Counted from the stretch's first letter, positions 1 to 11,267 are shown. The stretch: DNA of 64,000 bases from an uncultured cyanobacterium (GCA_963744145.1 CAVUSO010000001.1:6048001-6112000), one strand, 5' to 3'. The notes: generated from the letters alone by a model not told the origin. A program made the numbers and translations.

Positions 1-875
1 AACAAATTATTGCCGATCGCTTACATATTTTAGTATTTCTTGATATTGGGATGCAACCTTATATGACCCTATTTGCGGGGTTACGTCTAGCTCCCCTTCA
101 ATGTGCTACCTGGGGACATCCCGTTACCTCGGGTTTCCCAACAATTGATTATTTCTTATCAGGAGACTTAATGGAAATAGAAACAGCTGCATCTCATTAT
201 TCAGAAAAATTAGTGCGTTTACCAAAAATTGGTATTCCTTTTGCTAAACCACCCGTCCCTTTAGTCCCTAAATCTCGTGCTGATTTTCAACTTCAAGACG
301 ATCGCATCATTTATTTAACTTGTCAATCACTGTTTAAATATCTACCTCAGTATGATTATATTTTGCCAGAAATTGCTAAAAGAGTTCCCCAAGCTCAGTT
401 TATCTTTATCAGACAAAAAAATGCTTTTCATGTGATCAATAAATTTTGGCAACGTTTGCAAATTTCCTTTGCAGTTTATGGATTGAATATTGATGACTAT
501 TGTACTATTGTTTCCCAACTCCATCTCGATGATTATTTGCACTTAAATTTAGTTGCTGATGTATTTTTAGATACTTTTGAATGGTCTGGATGTAATTCAA
601 CTTTTGAAGCGATCGCTTGTAATTTACCTGTAGTTACTTGTCCCGGTGAATTTATGCGTGGAAGACATTCTTATGCAATTTTACAAATGTTAGGTGTTAC
701 TGATACCATTGCTAAGGATGAAACTGAATATATTGAAATTGCGGTCAAATTAGGCTTAGATCAAGCATGGAGAGAACAGATTGTCAAACGGATTAGTCAG
801 CGTCATCAATATGTTTATGATGAGCAAACCTGTGTCACTGCTTTGGAACAATTTTATGAAAGTATAGTTGTCTAA
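1..875 (+). CDS. GT41 / O-GlcNAc transferase (SPINDLY-like) family protein, C-terminal part (5' end outside window)
   Basis: The frame is open from the window edge. Motifs RLAPLQCATWGHPVTSG, DYFLS, DVFLDTFEWSGCNSTFEA and FMRGRH match the GT41 catalytic domain. Confidence 0.85.
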   Translation, partial: QIIADRLHILVFLDIGMQPYMTLFAGLRLAPLQCATWGHPVTSGFPTIDYFLSGDLMEIETAASHYSEKLVRLPKIGIPFAKPPVPLVPKSRADFQLQDDRIIYLTCQSLFKYLPQYDYILPEIAKRVPQAQFIFIRQKNAFHVINKFWQRLQISFAVYGLNIDDYCTIVSQLHLDDYLHLNLVADVFLDTFEWSGCNSTFEAIACNLPVVTCPGEFMRGRHSYAILQMLGVTDTIAKDETEYIEIAVKLGLDQAWREQIVKRISQRHQYVYDEQTCVTALEQFYESIVV

Positions 876-926
876 TACCAATAACACATAAAATTGCATT
901 TAATCTCAGATTGATCTGTTAGACCA

Positions 927-985
927 GGGTAGGTTTATCATATTGATCTGTTAGTGACAGAATTGATTGGTGAACCTACCCCTAC
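927..985. repeat. REP-like inverted repeat pair
   Basis: GGGTAGGTTTA ... TGAACCTACCCCTAC inverted arms lie in the intergenic space. Confidence 0.55.
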
Positions 986-1052
986 CAATTTTATCCTCTA
1001 TTTGCAATCTAGCTTATCCTAGAAATCTAATCTCCTATCCTCACTAAGTAAG

Positions 1053-3374
1053 ATGTCAAATCAAAACCCATTAGATCAAGAAGCAATTAATCTTCATCAT
1101 CAAGGTAATTTTACCGCAGCTGAACAAAAATATCAGGAAATTCTCCAGCAAGAACCAAATAATGCAGAAATTTGGCATAATCTGGGAGTATTATACTATC
1201 AAAATGGACGCTATGCTGAAGCATTAAATATTTCCTCTAAATGCTTGAAGCTTGCTCCGGAAATAGCTCTGTATTATTATCAATTAGGATTAATCCTAGA
1301 AAAAATTGGTTCGGTTACAGTCGTAATTCGTGCTTATCAGCAAGCGATCGCACTTAATCCCCAGTTAATTGATGCTTATATTAACATGGGTAGAGTTTTT
1401 CTAGAAGCTGGTAATCTGTTTAAAGTAGAATGGATTTATCGTCAGCTAATCGCACAGAATATCCCAAGAGTTGAATTATATAAACGGATGGGAAAAATCT
1501 TGAGGGTACGTCATCAATTTAATGAAGCGATCGAGATGTATCAAAAAGCATTACAATTAACCCCCAATGACCCAAATCTCCACCATCAATTACAAGCTGT
1601 AGTTGAGCTGAAAACCAAAACTGAGCAACTTCGGATCTTAGGGAAACAAGGATTAGAACTATATCAGCAAAAACAATATCAAGAGACAATTAAGATCTAT
1701 CAAGAACTGCTTAATCTGCACCTAGATAGATTAAATACTGGAGAAATAAAAGAAATTTATCAAATCCTCTATCAGTGCTATCTAAATCTAAAAAAATATC
1801 AAGAAATTAGTGAAATTTGCCAAAAATTAACTAAACTATGTACTACTACCACGGAACTATATCAAGGATATTTTAGCTATATCGATGCTTTACATAAGTG
1901 TGGGAGGACAGAAGATGCGATCGCAATTGCTAAAGAAGCATTCCAATTACTCCCAAATTATCCTTATTTTCAACGTCAACAATACTTAATGTTACCGATC
2001 CTCTATGATCACCCAACCCAAATTGATTTTTATCGACAAAGATTTACCCAAGGATTAGATAAATTAATTCAGGAAATCAACCTTACCACTCCGGAAGCAA
2101 AAAAACAAGCTTTACTAGGAATAAATTTAGAAACCAACTTTTTTCTTGCTTATCAAGGAAAAAATGATTTAGATTTACAAACCCGGTATGGAGAATTTTG
2201 GAATAAAATTGTCGCTGCTAATTATCCAGAACTAACTAAACCAATCCCTCTCCCGACCATCGGAACAGATGAAAAAATTCGGGTTGGATATATCTCTATG
2301 TCTACTCACAGACATACGGTGGGAAGACTATTTTTAGGTTGGGTACATTATCATAATCGTCAAAAATTTGAAATTTCTTGCTATCACCTCAGTAAAACCT
2401 GCGATGATATTACCACTGCTTATCAACGCTGTGTAGATAAATTTTATCCTCTCCCCCATCCAGGTATAATCACTGAAGATTATATCATTAACGTTACTCA
2501 AAAAATTATTAGCGATCGGCTCCATATCTTAGTTTTTCTAGATGTGGGAATGCAACCATATATGAATATATTTTCCGGTTTTCGTCTAGCACCAATTCAA
2601 TGTGTAACTTGGGGACATCCCATTACATCAGGTAGTCCTACCATGGATTATTTTCTCTCCAGTGATTTAATGGAACCAGAGGATGGACAACAACACTATT
2701 CCGAAAAATTAATTCGTTTACCTAAAATCGGGATTTCCTATCCTCAACCAATAATTCCACCCCAAACTATGTTTCGTCGTGATTTCCAACTCCGAGAAGA
2801 TAGTGTAATTTATCTCAGTTGTCAATCACTGTTTAAATACTTACCTCAATATGACTGGGTTTTTGTCGAAATAGCTCGTCAAGTAACGCGATCGCAATTT
2901 GTTTTCTTAGCGCACGAACGTCCCCATATTACCCAACAATTTTATCAACGTCTCCAATCTACCTTCGCTCAATCTAACCTAGATATCAGAGAACATTGTG
3001 TAATTTTACCTCGACAAGAACTAGATGTTTATTTTAATCTAAACTTAGTCGCTGATGTTTTTCTTGATACCTTTAGTTGGTCAGGAGGAATGACCACCTT
3101 AGAAGCGATCGCTTGTCATCTCCCGATCGTCACTTGTCCAGGAGAATTTATGCGTAGTCGTCATGCTTATGGGATCTTAACATCCCTAGGAGTAACTGAA
3201 ACGATCGCTCACAATGAAGTCGAATATATCGAAATTGCTGTCAAATTAGCTTTAAATCCAGAATGGAGAAAAAATATTGTCCAACAAATGATTCAAAATC
3301 ATTCGTCTCTTTACGACGATCGAACCTGCATTACTGCACTAGAATCATTTTATCAGAGTGTAGTTACCAATTAA
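1053..3374 (+). CDS. TPR-repeat O-GlcNAc transferase-like (GT41) glycosyltransferase
   Basis: N-terminal TPRs (AEIWHNLGVLYYQNGRYAEA) precede KIRVGYIS, TWGHPITSG and DVFLDTFSWSGGMTTLEA. Confidence 0.88.
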   Translation: MSNQNPLDQEAINLHHQGNFTAAEQKYQEILQQEPNNAEIWHNLGVLYYQNGRYAEALNISSKCLKLAPEIALYYYQLGLILEKIGSVTVVIRAYQQAIALNPQLIDAYINMGRVFLEAGNLFKVEWIYRQLIAQNIPRVELYKRMGKILRVRHQFNEAIEMYQKALQLTPNDPNLHHQLQAVVELKTKTEQLRILGKQGLELYQQKQYQETIKIYQELLNLHLDRLNTGEIKEIYQILYQCYLNLKKYQEISEICQKLTKLCTTTTELYQGYFSYIDALHKCGRTEDAIAIAKEAFQLLPNYPYFQRQQYLMLPILYDHPTQIDFYRQRFTQGLDKLIQEINLTTPEAKKQALLGINLETNFFLAYQGKNDLDLQTRYGEFWNKIVAANYPELTKPIPLPTIGTDEKIRVGYISMSTHRHTVGRLFLGWVHYHNRQKFEISCYHLSKTCDDITTAYQRCVDKFYPLPHPGIITEDYIINVTQKIISDRLHILVFLDVGMQPYMNIFSGFRLAPIQCVTWGHPITSGSPTMDYFLSSDLMEPEDGQQHYSEKLIRLPKIGISYPQPIIPPQTMFRRDFQLREDSVIYLSCQSLFKYLPQYDWVFVEIARQVTRSQFVFLAHERPHITQQFYQRLQSTFAQSNLDIREHCVILPRQELDVYFNLNLVADVFLDTFSWSGGMTTLEAIACHLPIVTCPGEFMRSRHAYGILTSLGVTETIAHNEVEYIEIAVKLALNPEWRKNIVQQMIQNHSSLYDDRTCITALESFYQSVVTN

Positions 3375-3394
3375 TTTTTTCTTCCCTCCAACCT

Positions 3395-5215
3395 ATGCAA
3401 ACAGCACTAATTAGACAAATTATCGAAACTATTCTCCTCCAATATCAAAAAAACCCAGAAAATCAACCAATTATTATCATCATCCGTCACACTAGACAAA
3501 AACTGGCTGAATTTTGGCTCAATTTACCCACAGAACAATTACAGAATACCTATGAAAATGAATTGGGTAAAGCGCATAAAATGCTGTCTGATAGTCAGCT
3601 CAAATATGCACCATTGACTGAACAAGAACAAAATTTTCTACAAGAAATAATCAGTGAAATTAAATCAGGATTTCCCAAAGCAAAGATTATTCAATATCTC
3701 CTAGCTGTTTCCCTATATCGACGTGCTGATCACTTACCTTTCCCATATCAAAGTCTGCATATTCCAGCTTGGTTTTTTAATAATTACCTCCAATTTATGT
3801 TAGATTTACCTTTAGTTTTTCAGACCAAAGGTGAAGTAGAAAACTATTATCAATATCTCCAAGGTTTTGTTGATTATATTCATCAAAATATTTTTACTAA
3901 CCCAGATGATCAAGTTTGGAATTATGTCGCTTGGTTTTTCACTCAAACTACCCAATTTACCCCAATTCAATTTAGTAATAGTAACTTAAGAGATATTTAT
4001 ACTAAACGAGCTAATATTCAAGAATATGTGTTAAAATCTAGTGGTCATAAAATTGATTATACTTTTCCCAAACGTCCGGTAAATCGTAAAAAAATTCGGT
4101 TTGGTATTCTGAAAGTTGATTTTGAACCACACCCAGAAACTTTTATTACCTTTCCGATGTTTGAACATTTAGATCGCGATCAATTTGAAATTATTTTATA
4201 TGTGATCTATGTGACTGGACACCCCTTAGAAAAGTATGCTCTCAGTCGAGCAGATCGGTTAGTTAAATTACCTCGAGAACTACCCAACCGAGTTCAGACA
4301 ATCCGAAACGATGACTTAGATATTTTGATGATCGCGACTCTGGTTACCAATGCTACTAATAATATCTCTTTTCTAGCTCTCCATCGACTAGCACGTATCC
4401 AAATCACCTCCATTGCTTCTCCCGTAACTACAGGAATGCGTTATATCGACTATTATATTTCTGGTAAACTATCTGAACCACTGTCCGAAGCTCAACAACA
4501 CTATCGGGAAAAATTAATTACTCTAGATGGTACAGGATTTTGCTTTTCCTATATAGCAGATCCCCCTCCTACGATCACCTGCGATCGCCAAAAATTAGGA
4601 ATATCAGATCACACAATTGTCTTTATTTCTGCTGCTAATTTTTATAAAATTATTCCGGAAGTTAGAGAAACCTGGGCAAAAATTATTAGTCAAGTTCCTA
4701 ATTCTATGCTATTACTACTACCTTTTGGTTCTAGTTGGTGTCAAGGTGACATTAGCATGACTTTTCAGCAGACAATGCGCTTAGTTTTTGACCAATATCA
4801 TCTTCCTGATCATACCTTAAAAATCTTAAATACCCTACCCAGTCGTACTGATGTTAAAGAAATTTTAAAACTAGGAGATATTTATCTAAATTCTTATCCA
4901 TATACAGGAAGTACATCCTTAATTGATCCTTTAGAAGAAGGACTACCAACCGTGATCATGGATGGTAACTCCTTACGTTCTAAAATGGGTTCAGCTCTAC
5001 TTCGGGATTTACAAATACCCGAATTAATTACTGTAAATGAAACAGATTATATTCAGTTAAGTATAGCCCTAGCTACTCAACCAGACTTACGTCAAAAGTG
5101 CCGCGATCGGATTAAGGAAAAAATGTCAAACACTCCCAAATTTTTAGATAGTCAATCCTATAGTAATCAAATCGCGGTTCTATTAGCAAGTCTCTGCTCT
5201 ACTATGCCAGAATAA
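3395..5215 (+). CDS. GT41 family glycosyltransferase lacking TPRs (HMW1C/OGT-like)
   Basis: Motifs KIRFGIL, SPVTTGMRYIDYYISG, ANFYKIIPE and DIYLNSYPYTGSTS. The start was moved to ATG 3395 to avoid overlap with the upstream gene. Confidence 0.8.
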   Translation: MQTALIRQIIETILLQYQKNPENQPIIIIIRHTRQKLAEFWLNLPTEQLQNTYENELGKAHKMLSDSQLKYAPLTEQEQNFLQEIISEIKSGFPKAKIIQYLLAVSLYRRADHLPFPYQSLHIPAWFFNNYLQFMLDLPLVFQTKGEVENYYQYLQGFVDYIHQNIFTNPDDQVWNYVAWFFTQTTQFTPIQFSNSNLRDIYTKRANIQEYVLKSSGHKIDYTFPKRPVNRKKIRFGILKVDFEPHPETFITFPMFEHLDRDQFEIILYVIYVTGHPLEKYALSRADRLVKLPRELPNRVQTIRNDDLDILMIATLVTNATNNISFLALHRLARIQITSIASPVTTGMRYIDYYISGKLSEPLSEAQQHYREKLITLDGTGFCFSYIADPPPTITCDRQKLGISDHTIVFISAANFYKIIPEVRETWAKIISQVPNSMLLLLPFGSSWCQGDISMTFQQTMRLVFDQYHLPDHTLKILNTLPSRTDVKEILKLGDIYLNSYPYTGSTSLIDPLEEGLPTVIMDGNSLRSKMGSALLRDLQIPELITVNETDYIQLSIALATQPDLRQKCRDRIKEKMSNTPKFLDSQSYSNQIAVLLASLCSTMPE

Positions 5216-5221
5216 CCAAAT

Positions 5222-7444
5222 TTATCGTTTCGGAATTGGTGGAGAAGAAGTATCTGGAGTAAGTAACTGTTTCCAAGCTTTAATTTGGCCGATCGCTGTA
5301 ATATAAGCAGAGGTATTAGCTGGAATTTGTTCGGCGATCGAGATTGCACCAGAAACATCCGCAGTCGAGCGTTGCTGTGCCTGTGCTAACATTAGTTGGC
5401 TCCAGTCATTCATAGCAGATTCTACTTGAGAACGGATCGGACTTGAACTGCTAATCCCATCAGCTTTGCGAATTGCTGCGGATAGAGATTCAGGAGTTCC
5501 TTGAGCTGCTAAACGACGGGCTTCATCAAAAGTTTGCTGTGATTGAATTTGCGATCGCCAACTATTGATATCTGTTTGGGATTGATCAGAAATTGGTTGA
5601 ACTGGGGGTACTTGTTCATTATGATTAACCACCTCTGCTAAATTATTTTGATTAGTCGCAGGTCGAACTTGATCTGGGGAGGGACTATTTTGTACCTGTT
5701 GTAACTGTTGTAACTGACCCTTCCATCCTTGAATTTTTTCCTGAGCTTCCTGATACAGAGCGCGTCCAGGACGAATTTGATTAGCTTCATCGATCGCTGC
5801 TACCAAAGAAGAAGCATCATGAAAACTCGCTAATTGATCAGCTCGATCTAAACTTGGTCGATCTTCCTGAAGTTCAATTTTTTGTCTCCAAGTCTGAATT
5901 TTCCCCTGAGCTTCCTGATACAGAGCGCGACCTGCTCGAATTTGATTAGCTTCTTCAATTGCTGCAGATAGAGCTGCAATATCACCAAAATTCGCTAACT
6001 GCTCTGCTCGATCTAAATTGGGACGATCCTGGATGGTTTCAATTTGCTGATTCCAATTGCTAATTTCCCGATCGCGATCTTTAGCTTTGGGAGTATTATC
6101 CGATACCATTTGCGCTCTAGTAATCGCTGCGGTTAAATCATTGAGCGTTCCCTTTTGAGCAAAGAGACGAGCTTGATCTAAATTCCCCACATCGGCAATT
6201 TCCCTTCTCCACTGAGCAATTAATGTTTGTGCTTTGTCATATAGAGGTCGTTTCGCGTCAACTTTTTGAGCTTGGGTAATCGCATTTTCCAAACTAAACA
6301 CCGTCCCCAAGGAAGCTACTGATTCAGCTCTGGCTAACTCACTAAAGTCCTCCGATTCTTCCTTTAATTTAGCACTAGCAGGAATTTGTCTAGCGATCGC
6401 CATAGCTTCTTGCCAATCATTTTTATCTAAAGCTGCTTGAGCTAAATCCAACAACTGACGACCAAATTCTTTAATTTGTTTTTGAGCTGCTGCATGGGTT
6501 TTACTTTTTGGATCAATTTGTTCGGCAATTTTGATCGCTTCTAAAATATTTTTCACCCCACCCCGTTCAGCGATCGCCCGAGCTTTATCTAAATTACTCC
6601 CATCCGCTCTAGCTGCTTCAATCTGCTGACTCAGTTCCTTGTATTTAGTTTTCGCCCAATATTCATTTCCCGAATCAAGCAGACGAACTGCGATTCTAAA
6701 TGCTTCAGTCCAATCTCCCTGCTCGATCGAATTTTGACTTTCTTGATAATTTTTTTCAGCTTTTGACCAAATTAAATCCCAATTTTTCACCCGGTCTTGG
6801 ATCAATTCCAAGAGATGATTTTTTCCATCTTGATCAGAGATATCCGTGGGAATTTGGTGAGCAATTTTGATCGCTTCCTCTAATTTTCCTCTTTGAAACT
6901 CATGATCCGCTAGTTCTAACAGATCCTGAGACCATTGTTTAATCTCAGCATTAATTGATGAACGTAACGGGTGATCAGGTGCAACTTCATTTACCAAGGC
7001 GATCGCTTCTAACAGATCATTTGCTGTCTGTTTATTGGCCGCAACTTGGGCACAATAAAGACGTAAAGAGGCCGAAGCTGTGGGCCAGAAAATCCCTGGA
7101 CAGTTTGGTAATGCTGGTAATTTTAACAATAGCGCCGTTGCGGTCACTCCCATTCCCGTTGGAATCAGTAACATCAGGCTCCACCAAAACAACTGCATTG
7201 GCCAACCCCAGCGACCACCTTGTTTCCGTCCGCGTTCGACCTCATCTTTTCTGGTTTTATCTGCTGGTTCTCCTAGCAGACGAGTATTCCGATGTGCGCC
7301 CAAACCCAAATACCATTTAGCTAAATTAGCTTGAGCAATTTTCGGACTTGGTCCAGATGAATCTACCGGAAATTTCTTAATCTCTCCCGGTTTGGCCGAA
7401 CTTGGATCGGGCCACGACTCTGCCATCTCTTGATTTCTGGTCAT
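5222..7444 (-). CDS. conserved cyanobacterial membrane-anchored alpha-helical repeat protein
   Basis: One TM segment, then LPALPNCPGIFWPTASASLRLYCAQ and Ala/Gln-rich helical repeats. An internal DNA repeat lies at about 5741-5788 and 5906-5953. The start is uncertain. Confidence 0.7.
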   Translation of the reverse strand: MTRNQEMAESWPDPSSAKPGEIKKFPVDSSGPSPKIAQANLAKWYLGLGAHRNTRLLGEPADKTRKDEVERGRKQGGRWGWPMQLFWWSLMLLIPTGMGVTATALLLKLPALPNCPGIFWPTASASLRLYCAQVAANKQTANDLLEAIALVNEVAPDHPLRSSINAEIKQWSQDLLELADHEFQRGKLEEAIKIAHQIPTDISDQDGKNHLLELIQDRVKNWDLIWSKAEKNYQESQNSIEQGDWTEAFRIAVRLLDSGNEYWAKTKYKELSQQIEAARADGSNLDKARAIAERGGVKNILEAIKIAEQIDPKSKTHAAAQKQIKEFGRQLLDLAQAALDKNDWQEAMAIARQIPASAKLKEESEDFSELARAESVASLGTVFSLENAITQAQKVDAKRPLYDKAQTLIAQWRREIADVGNLDQARLFAQKGTLNDLTAAITRAQMVSDNTPKAKDRDREISNWNQQIETIQDRPNLDRAEQLANFGDIAALSAAIEEANQIRAGRALYQEAQGKIQTWRQKIELQEDRPSLDRADQLASFHDASSLVAAIDEANQIRPGRALYQEAQEKIQGWKGQLQQLQQVQNSPSPDQVRPATNQNNLAEVVNHNEQVPPVQPISDQSQTDINSWRSQIQSQQTFDEARRLAAQGTPESLSAAIRKADGISSSSPIRSQVESAMNDWSQLMLAQAQQRSTADVSGAISIAEQIPANTSAYITAIGQIKAWKQLLTPDTSSPPIPKR

Positions 7445-7634
7445 TCCCCACCCCACAAAAGTCACACCTTTATTTCGGCTGCTTTCTCGGTCTGCCTATT
7501 GGCTGTTGACACAGCTATGGTTTGACAATACCCTTAAATAATGCAGTTCTTGTTATCGTATCTTTCAAATTCAAAAAATCCAAATCCGGAGTTTAAAGTT
7601 TTGGTAAATTAGACAAGAAAGCCAAAATAAATAG

Positions 7635-7697
7635 GACAGGCAAGATGCCTGTCCCACCAGAATAAATAACTTTTGTGGGACAGGCATCTTGCCTGTC
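7635..7697. repeat. REP doublet (inverted GTGGGACAGGCATCTTGCCTGTC copies), may act as terminator for hslO
   Basis: GACAGGCAAGATGCCTGTCCCAC at 7635-7657 and its perfect reverse complement at 7675-7697. Confidence 0.8.
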
Positions 7698-7710
7698 AAG
7701 CCTATTTTTG

Positions 7711-8607
7711 CTAAGATTCCGCTCGCAAACAGCCAATTAACTCAGCTAAATCGTTGCTAGTGGCTTGATATACTTCACCACAAAAATCGCAAGTGGCCTT
7801 AGCACCATCATCTTTTTCAATCATATCCTGTAATTCTGCTTCCCCTAACATTTTTAATGCTCCTAAAAACCGATCTCCATTACAACCACAATGAAAACGC
7901 ACTAACTGATTTTCGGGCAGAATTTCTAACCCCATATCTCCTAGCAATAGGTTAAAAATTTCTGGTAGGGTTTTGCCCGATTGCAGCAAAGGCGTAAAAC
8001 CAGCTAATCCAGCGACACGGGATTCTAAGGTTTGGACTAATGCTTCGTCGTGAGCAGCTTTTGGCATGACTTGCAATAGCAATCCTCCTGATGCTTTGAC
8101 ACCATCAGGTTCCACAAATACTCCTAACATCACAGCAGAAGGTGTTTGTTCAGAATTAACCAGAAAATGGGCAATATCTTCGCCAATTTCGCCCGAGACG
8201 ATGTTAACTGTACTTGAGTATGGATAACCATACCCCACATCGCGGACTACATAAAGATAACCATTTTGACCAACTGCCCGACCTACATCTAGTTTACCGT
8301 TGGGTTTGGGTGGTAGTTCCACCTTGGGATGATCGACATAGCCCCTGACAGTTCCATCTAAACCGGCATCAACCAGAATTCCTCCCATCGGTCCATCCCC
8401 TTTGATCCGAATATTCACTCTCGATCCGGTTCGTTTCATACTAGAAGCTAGTAATAATCCCGCAGTCATAGTCCGCCCTAGGGCTGCACTAGCCACGTAT
8501 GAGAGTTGATGACGCCGTCTTGCTTCCTCGGTCAGGCGGGTAGTAATAATGCCAACGGTGCGAATTCCACCATCAGCCGCAGTGGCGCGAATGAGCTGGT
8601 CTGCCAT
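7711..8607 (-). CDS. hslO: Hsp33 redox-regulated chaperone
   Basis: ALGRTMTAGLLL, SEQTPS and the C-terminal CxC...CxxC zinc motif (CGC...CDFC). Confidence 0.95.
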   Translation of the reverse strand: MADQLIRATAADGGIRTVGIITTRLTEEARRRHQLSYVASAALGRTMTAGLLLASSMKRTGSRVNIRIKGDGPMGGILVDAGLDGTVRGYVDHPKVELPPKPNGKLDVGRAVGQNGYLYVVRDVGYGYPYSSTVNIVSGEIGEDIAHFLVNSEQTPSAVMLGVFVEPDGVKASGGLLLQVMPKAAHDEALVQTLESRVAGLAGFTPLLQSGKTLPEIFNLLLGDMGLEILPENQLVRFHCGCNGDRFLGALKMLGEAELQDMIEKDDGAKATCDFCGEVYQATSNDLAELIGCLRAES

Positions 8608-8730
8608 GAAAAAACCTGCTTTTTTTGATCTATTTTAATTGACACTCCGAATCAGTAATTAGGCAGACCTAGAATTAGTTACGATCTGCCATACTAGAGA
8701 AAATTAGCCCAGGCGATCGCTGTTTTAACT

Positions 8731-9117
8731 ATGTTTGGAAATTTTCAACAAAGTCATCTCCGGATCGAAGTCAATGCTCGAGCAGTCGATCTGAAAAATA
8801 GTCTTGTCCGTCCTGCTCAACTGCAAAAATGGCTGTGGCCACAACGCTTTTCCCCTGGTTTGCCTGAAGAATTCTCCCCAGGATTAACTTTTACCAGTTG
8901 GATTGGTCCGATCGCGATCGCCCATCACGTCGATGTGGTGAATGCTAATAGTTTACGACTGTTATTAAGTCAGGGTATTGATGGGTTTCACGAATGGTAT
9001 TGGGGCGATGGTTGGGTCCAGTCCCGACTCGAAGGAATTTCTGTACTTCCACTTAATTTAGGTCAGACTGTAAGTTTGTTTAATTTACGGCAATTTCTAG
9101 CCGGACCAAGTTCTTGA
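8731..9117 (+). CDS. conserved cyanobacterial hypothetical protein (possible SRPBCC-like fold)
   Basis: 128-aa ORF with the motif SQGIDGFHEWYWGDGWVQSRLEG. The fold is inferred. Confidence 0.7.
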   Translation: MFGNFQQSHLRIEVNARAVDLKNSLVRPAQLQKWLWPQRFSPGLPEEFSPGLTFTSWIGPIAIAHHVDVVNANSLRLLLSQGIDGFHEWYWGDGWVQSRLEGISVLPLNLGQTVSLFNLRQFLAGPSS

Positions 9118-9121
9118 TTAA

Positions 9122-9547
9122 CTATTTTGGCTTGACTACTAATACCGAACAAGGCGCATCTGTCACTACTTGACTACTTACTGACCCTTGCAAGATCCGG
9201 GTTAAACCTGTTAATCCTCTGCTACCCATCACAATTAAATCGACGTGATAGATGTTAGCTAATCGGATGATTTCTTCGGCTGGATCGCCACTAACTATTT
9301 CTAAGGTACTGGGACAAGGTAATTGGGCTTGATAAGCTTCTAATTGTTTTTCGATGTGCCGATAGGGAATTTCTTCGGCATAATTCTGAGGTCGATCTAC
9401 AGCTAGGTGTGCTTCATCTCCGATCGCATTAATCACATGGGAAAGAATTATTTTTGTTTCCACCTGGACCCGCAAATCTATCAGAGTATTCATCACTTCT
9501 TCTGCTAGTTCCGAGCCATCGATCGCCACCAAAATTGTTTTGAACAC
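9122..9547 (-). CDS. universal stress protein (UspA family)
   Basis: MFKTILVAIDGS, DLIVMGSRG and GSVSSQVV..APCSVLVVK. Confidence 0.93.
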   Translation of the reverse strand: MFKTILVAIDGSELAEEVMNTLIDLRVQVETKIILSHVINAIGDEAHLAVDRPQNYAEEIPYRHIEKQLEAYQAQLPCPSTLEIVSGDPAEEIIRLANIYHVDLIVMGSRGLTGLTRILQGSVSSQVVTDAPCSVLVVKPK

Positions 9548-9599
9548 TATTAAATTCTCCTCATTTCTACCTGGGAGTTACCAATTTCTAATTGCCCTC

Positions 9600-10918
9600 T
9601 CAAAATTTCCCCCCTCCATCTGTTTCTAGTTGGGTTCGTAGTCGGACTGATGCAGCATGGGAAGGAAGTCCCTCAGCTTGGGCTAAAATCTCGATCGCAT
9701 GGGCGACTTTTTGCAGGGCTGTGGGGGAATATTGGATTAAGCTCGAGTGTTTCATAAAGGTTTCTACTCCTAGAGCCGAAGCATAACGAGCTGTTCCCGA
9801 TGTGGGCAAGGTATGGTTTGGTCCAGCAATATAGTCTCCGACCGCTTCTGGGGTGGAGTACCCGAAAAATATTGCCCCAGCATGACGAATCTGTTCTAGC
9901 AAAGCCCAAGGATCGGCTACTTCTAGCTCTAAATGTTCTGGAGCAAATCCATTAGACAACTCTGTCGCTGTTGCTAGCGAATCCACTACTACTATTAATC
10001 CATAATGGGCGATCGCTTTTTCTGTTAAGGTCCGACGTGGATGATCAACTAACTGGGTTTCGATCTCTGCTACTACCTTCAGAGCGATCGAGTTATCCGT
10101 TGTCAGTAAAATTGCTGCTGCCATCGGATCATGTTCAGCTTGGGCTAACAAATCCGCAGCTAAATATACAGGACTAGCGTTGCTATCGGCAATTATTAAT
10201 ACTTCTGACGGACCAGCTAAGGAATCTATATTTACTGTCCCATAAACGAGTTTTTTAGCCAGGGTCACGTAAATATTCCCCGGACCTGTAATCACATCGA
10301 CTTTGGGGATAGTCTCGGTTCCATAGGCTAACGCACCGATCGCCTCAGCCCCCCTACCCGATAGATTTCCTGGATGCCGGCTTCCTGGGCCGCTACTAAT
10401 ACGGCTGGATTAATCGTTTTTCCTGGTCCCGGTGGTGTGACAATGACCACTCTCGGCACCCCAGCTACTTGAGCTGGGATTGCATTCATCAATACTGTGC
10501 TGGGATAAGCTGCTCTACCTCCAGGTATATACAGCCCTGCTCGCTCTACGGGTGTATAGCGTTTTCCCAATACGATTTCATCTTCTCCAAATTGCACCCA
10601 GTTTTTGGGCACTCTTTGGCGATGAAATGCTTCGATGTTTTTTCGGGCTAGCTGGATCGCGTCTAATAAATCTTTGGACACCTGTTGATAGGCTGCATCT
10701 AATTCTGACCCACTGACCCGCAATTCATTGACACTTAAATCTTGCTGGTCAAATTCAGATGTATAATGCAATATCGCCCGGTCGCCTTGACGTTTCACTG
10801 CCTGAAGCACTTCTCGAACAGTTGCTTCTTTGTGAACAACATAGTCGTCATGGGTGCGATCGCAGATTCGACGCAATTCTATTTCTGCTTCAGCCCGCTG
10901 AGTAATTATTCGCAGCAT
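9600..10918 (-). CDS. hisD: histidinol dehydrogenase (split by a 1-bp frameshift in the C6 run at 10349-10354)
   Basis: The two ORFs carry [20 protein letters not shown] and GPGNIYV/AGPSEV/QAEHD/PEHLEL. Adding one G restores [14 protein letters not shown] and a 439-aa protein. Confidence 0.92.
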
Positions 10919-11267
10919 GGAGTCGGAATGCCAATTTTAGGAATGTGTCCCGTCAAATAGCCTATATGCTAATCTATTTATTAGGTAATTGGGTATGGAT
11001 TTTTGCTATTCGCTGGCGAGACTATAGTTGTAATTATTCTAGCCTCCCATTGATTATGGTAATCTCAATTTAGATTTCTGGCTTGAGCATTTCCACTGCA
11101 ATTATGGCCGATCCCGATCACTGTCCTACGTTAAGCATATTGACTTTGATCTTTTTTATAGCTTAACTTGAATTTCTGTTGACTAGCACGATTTCATCGA
11201 AATAAGTGTTATGATACTTCATCTGGTTATTTATTAACGTTGTTCTTTAGCAGCACCCTGATTAACT

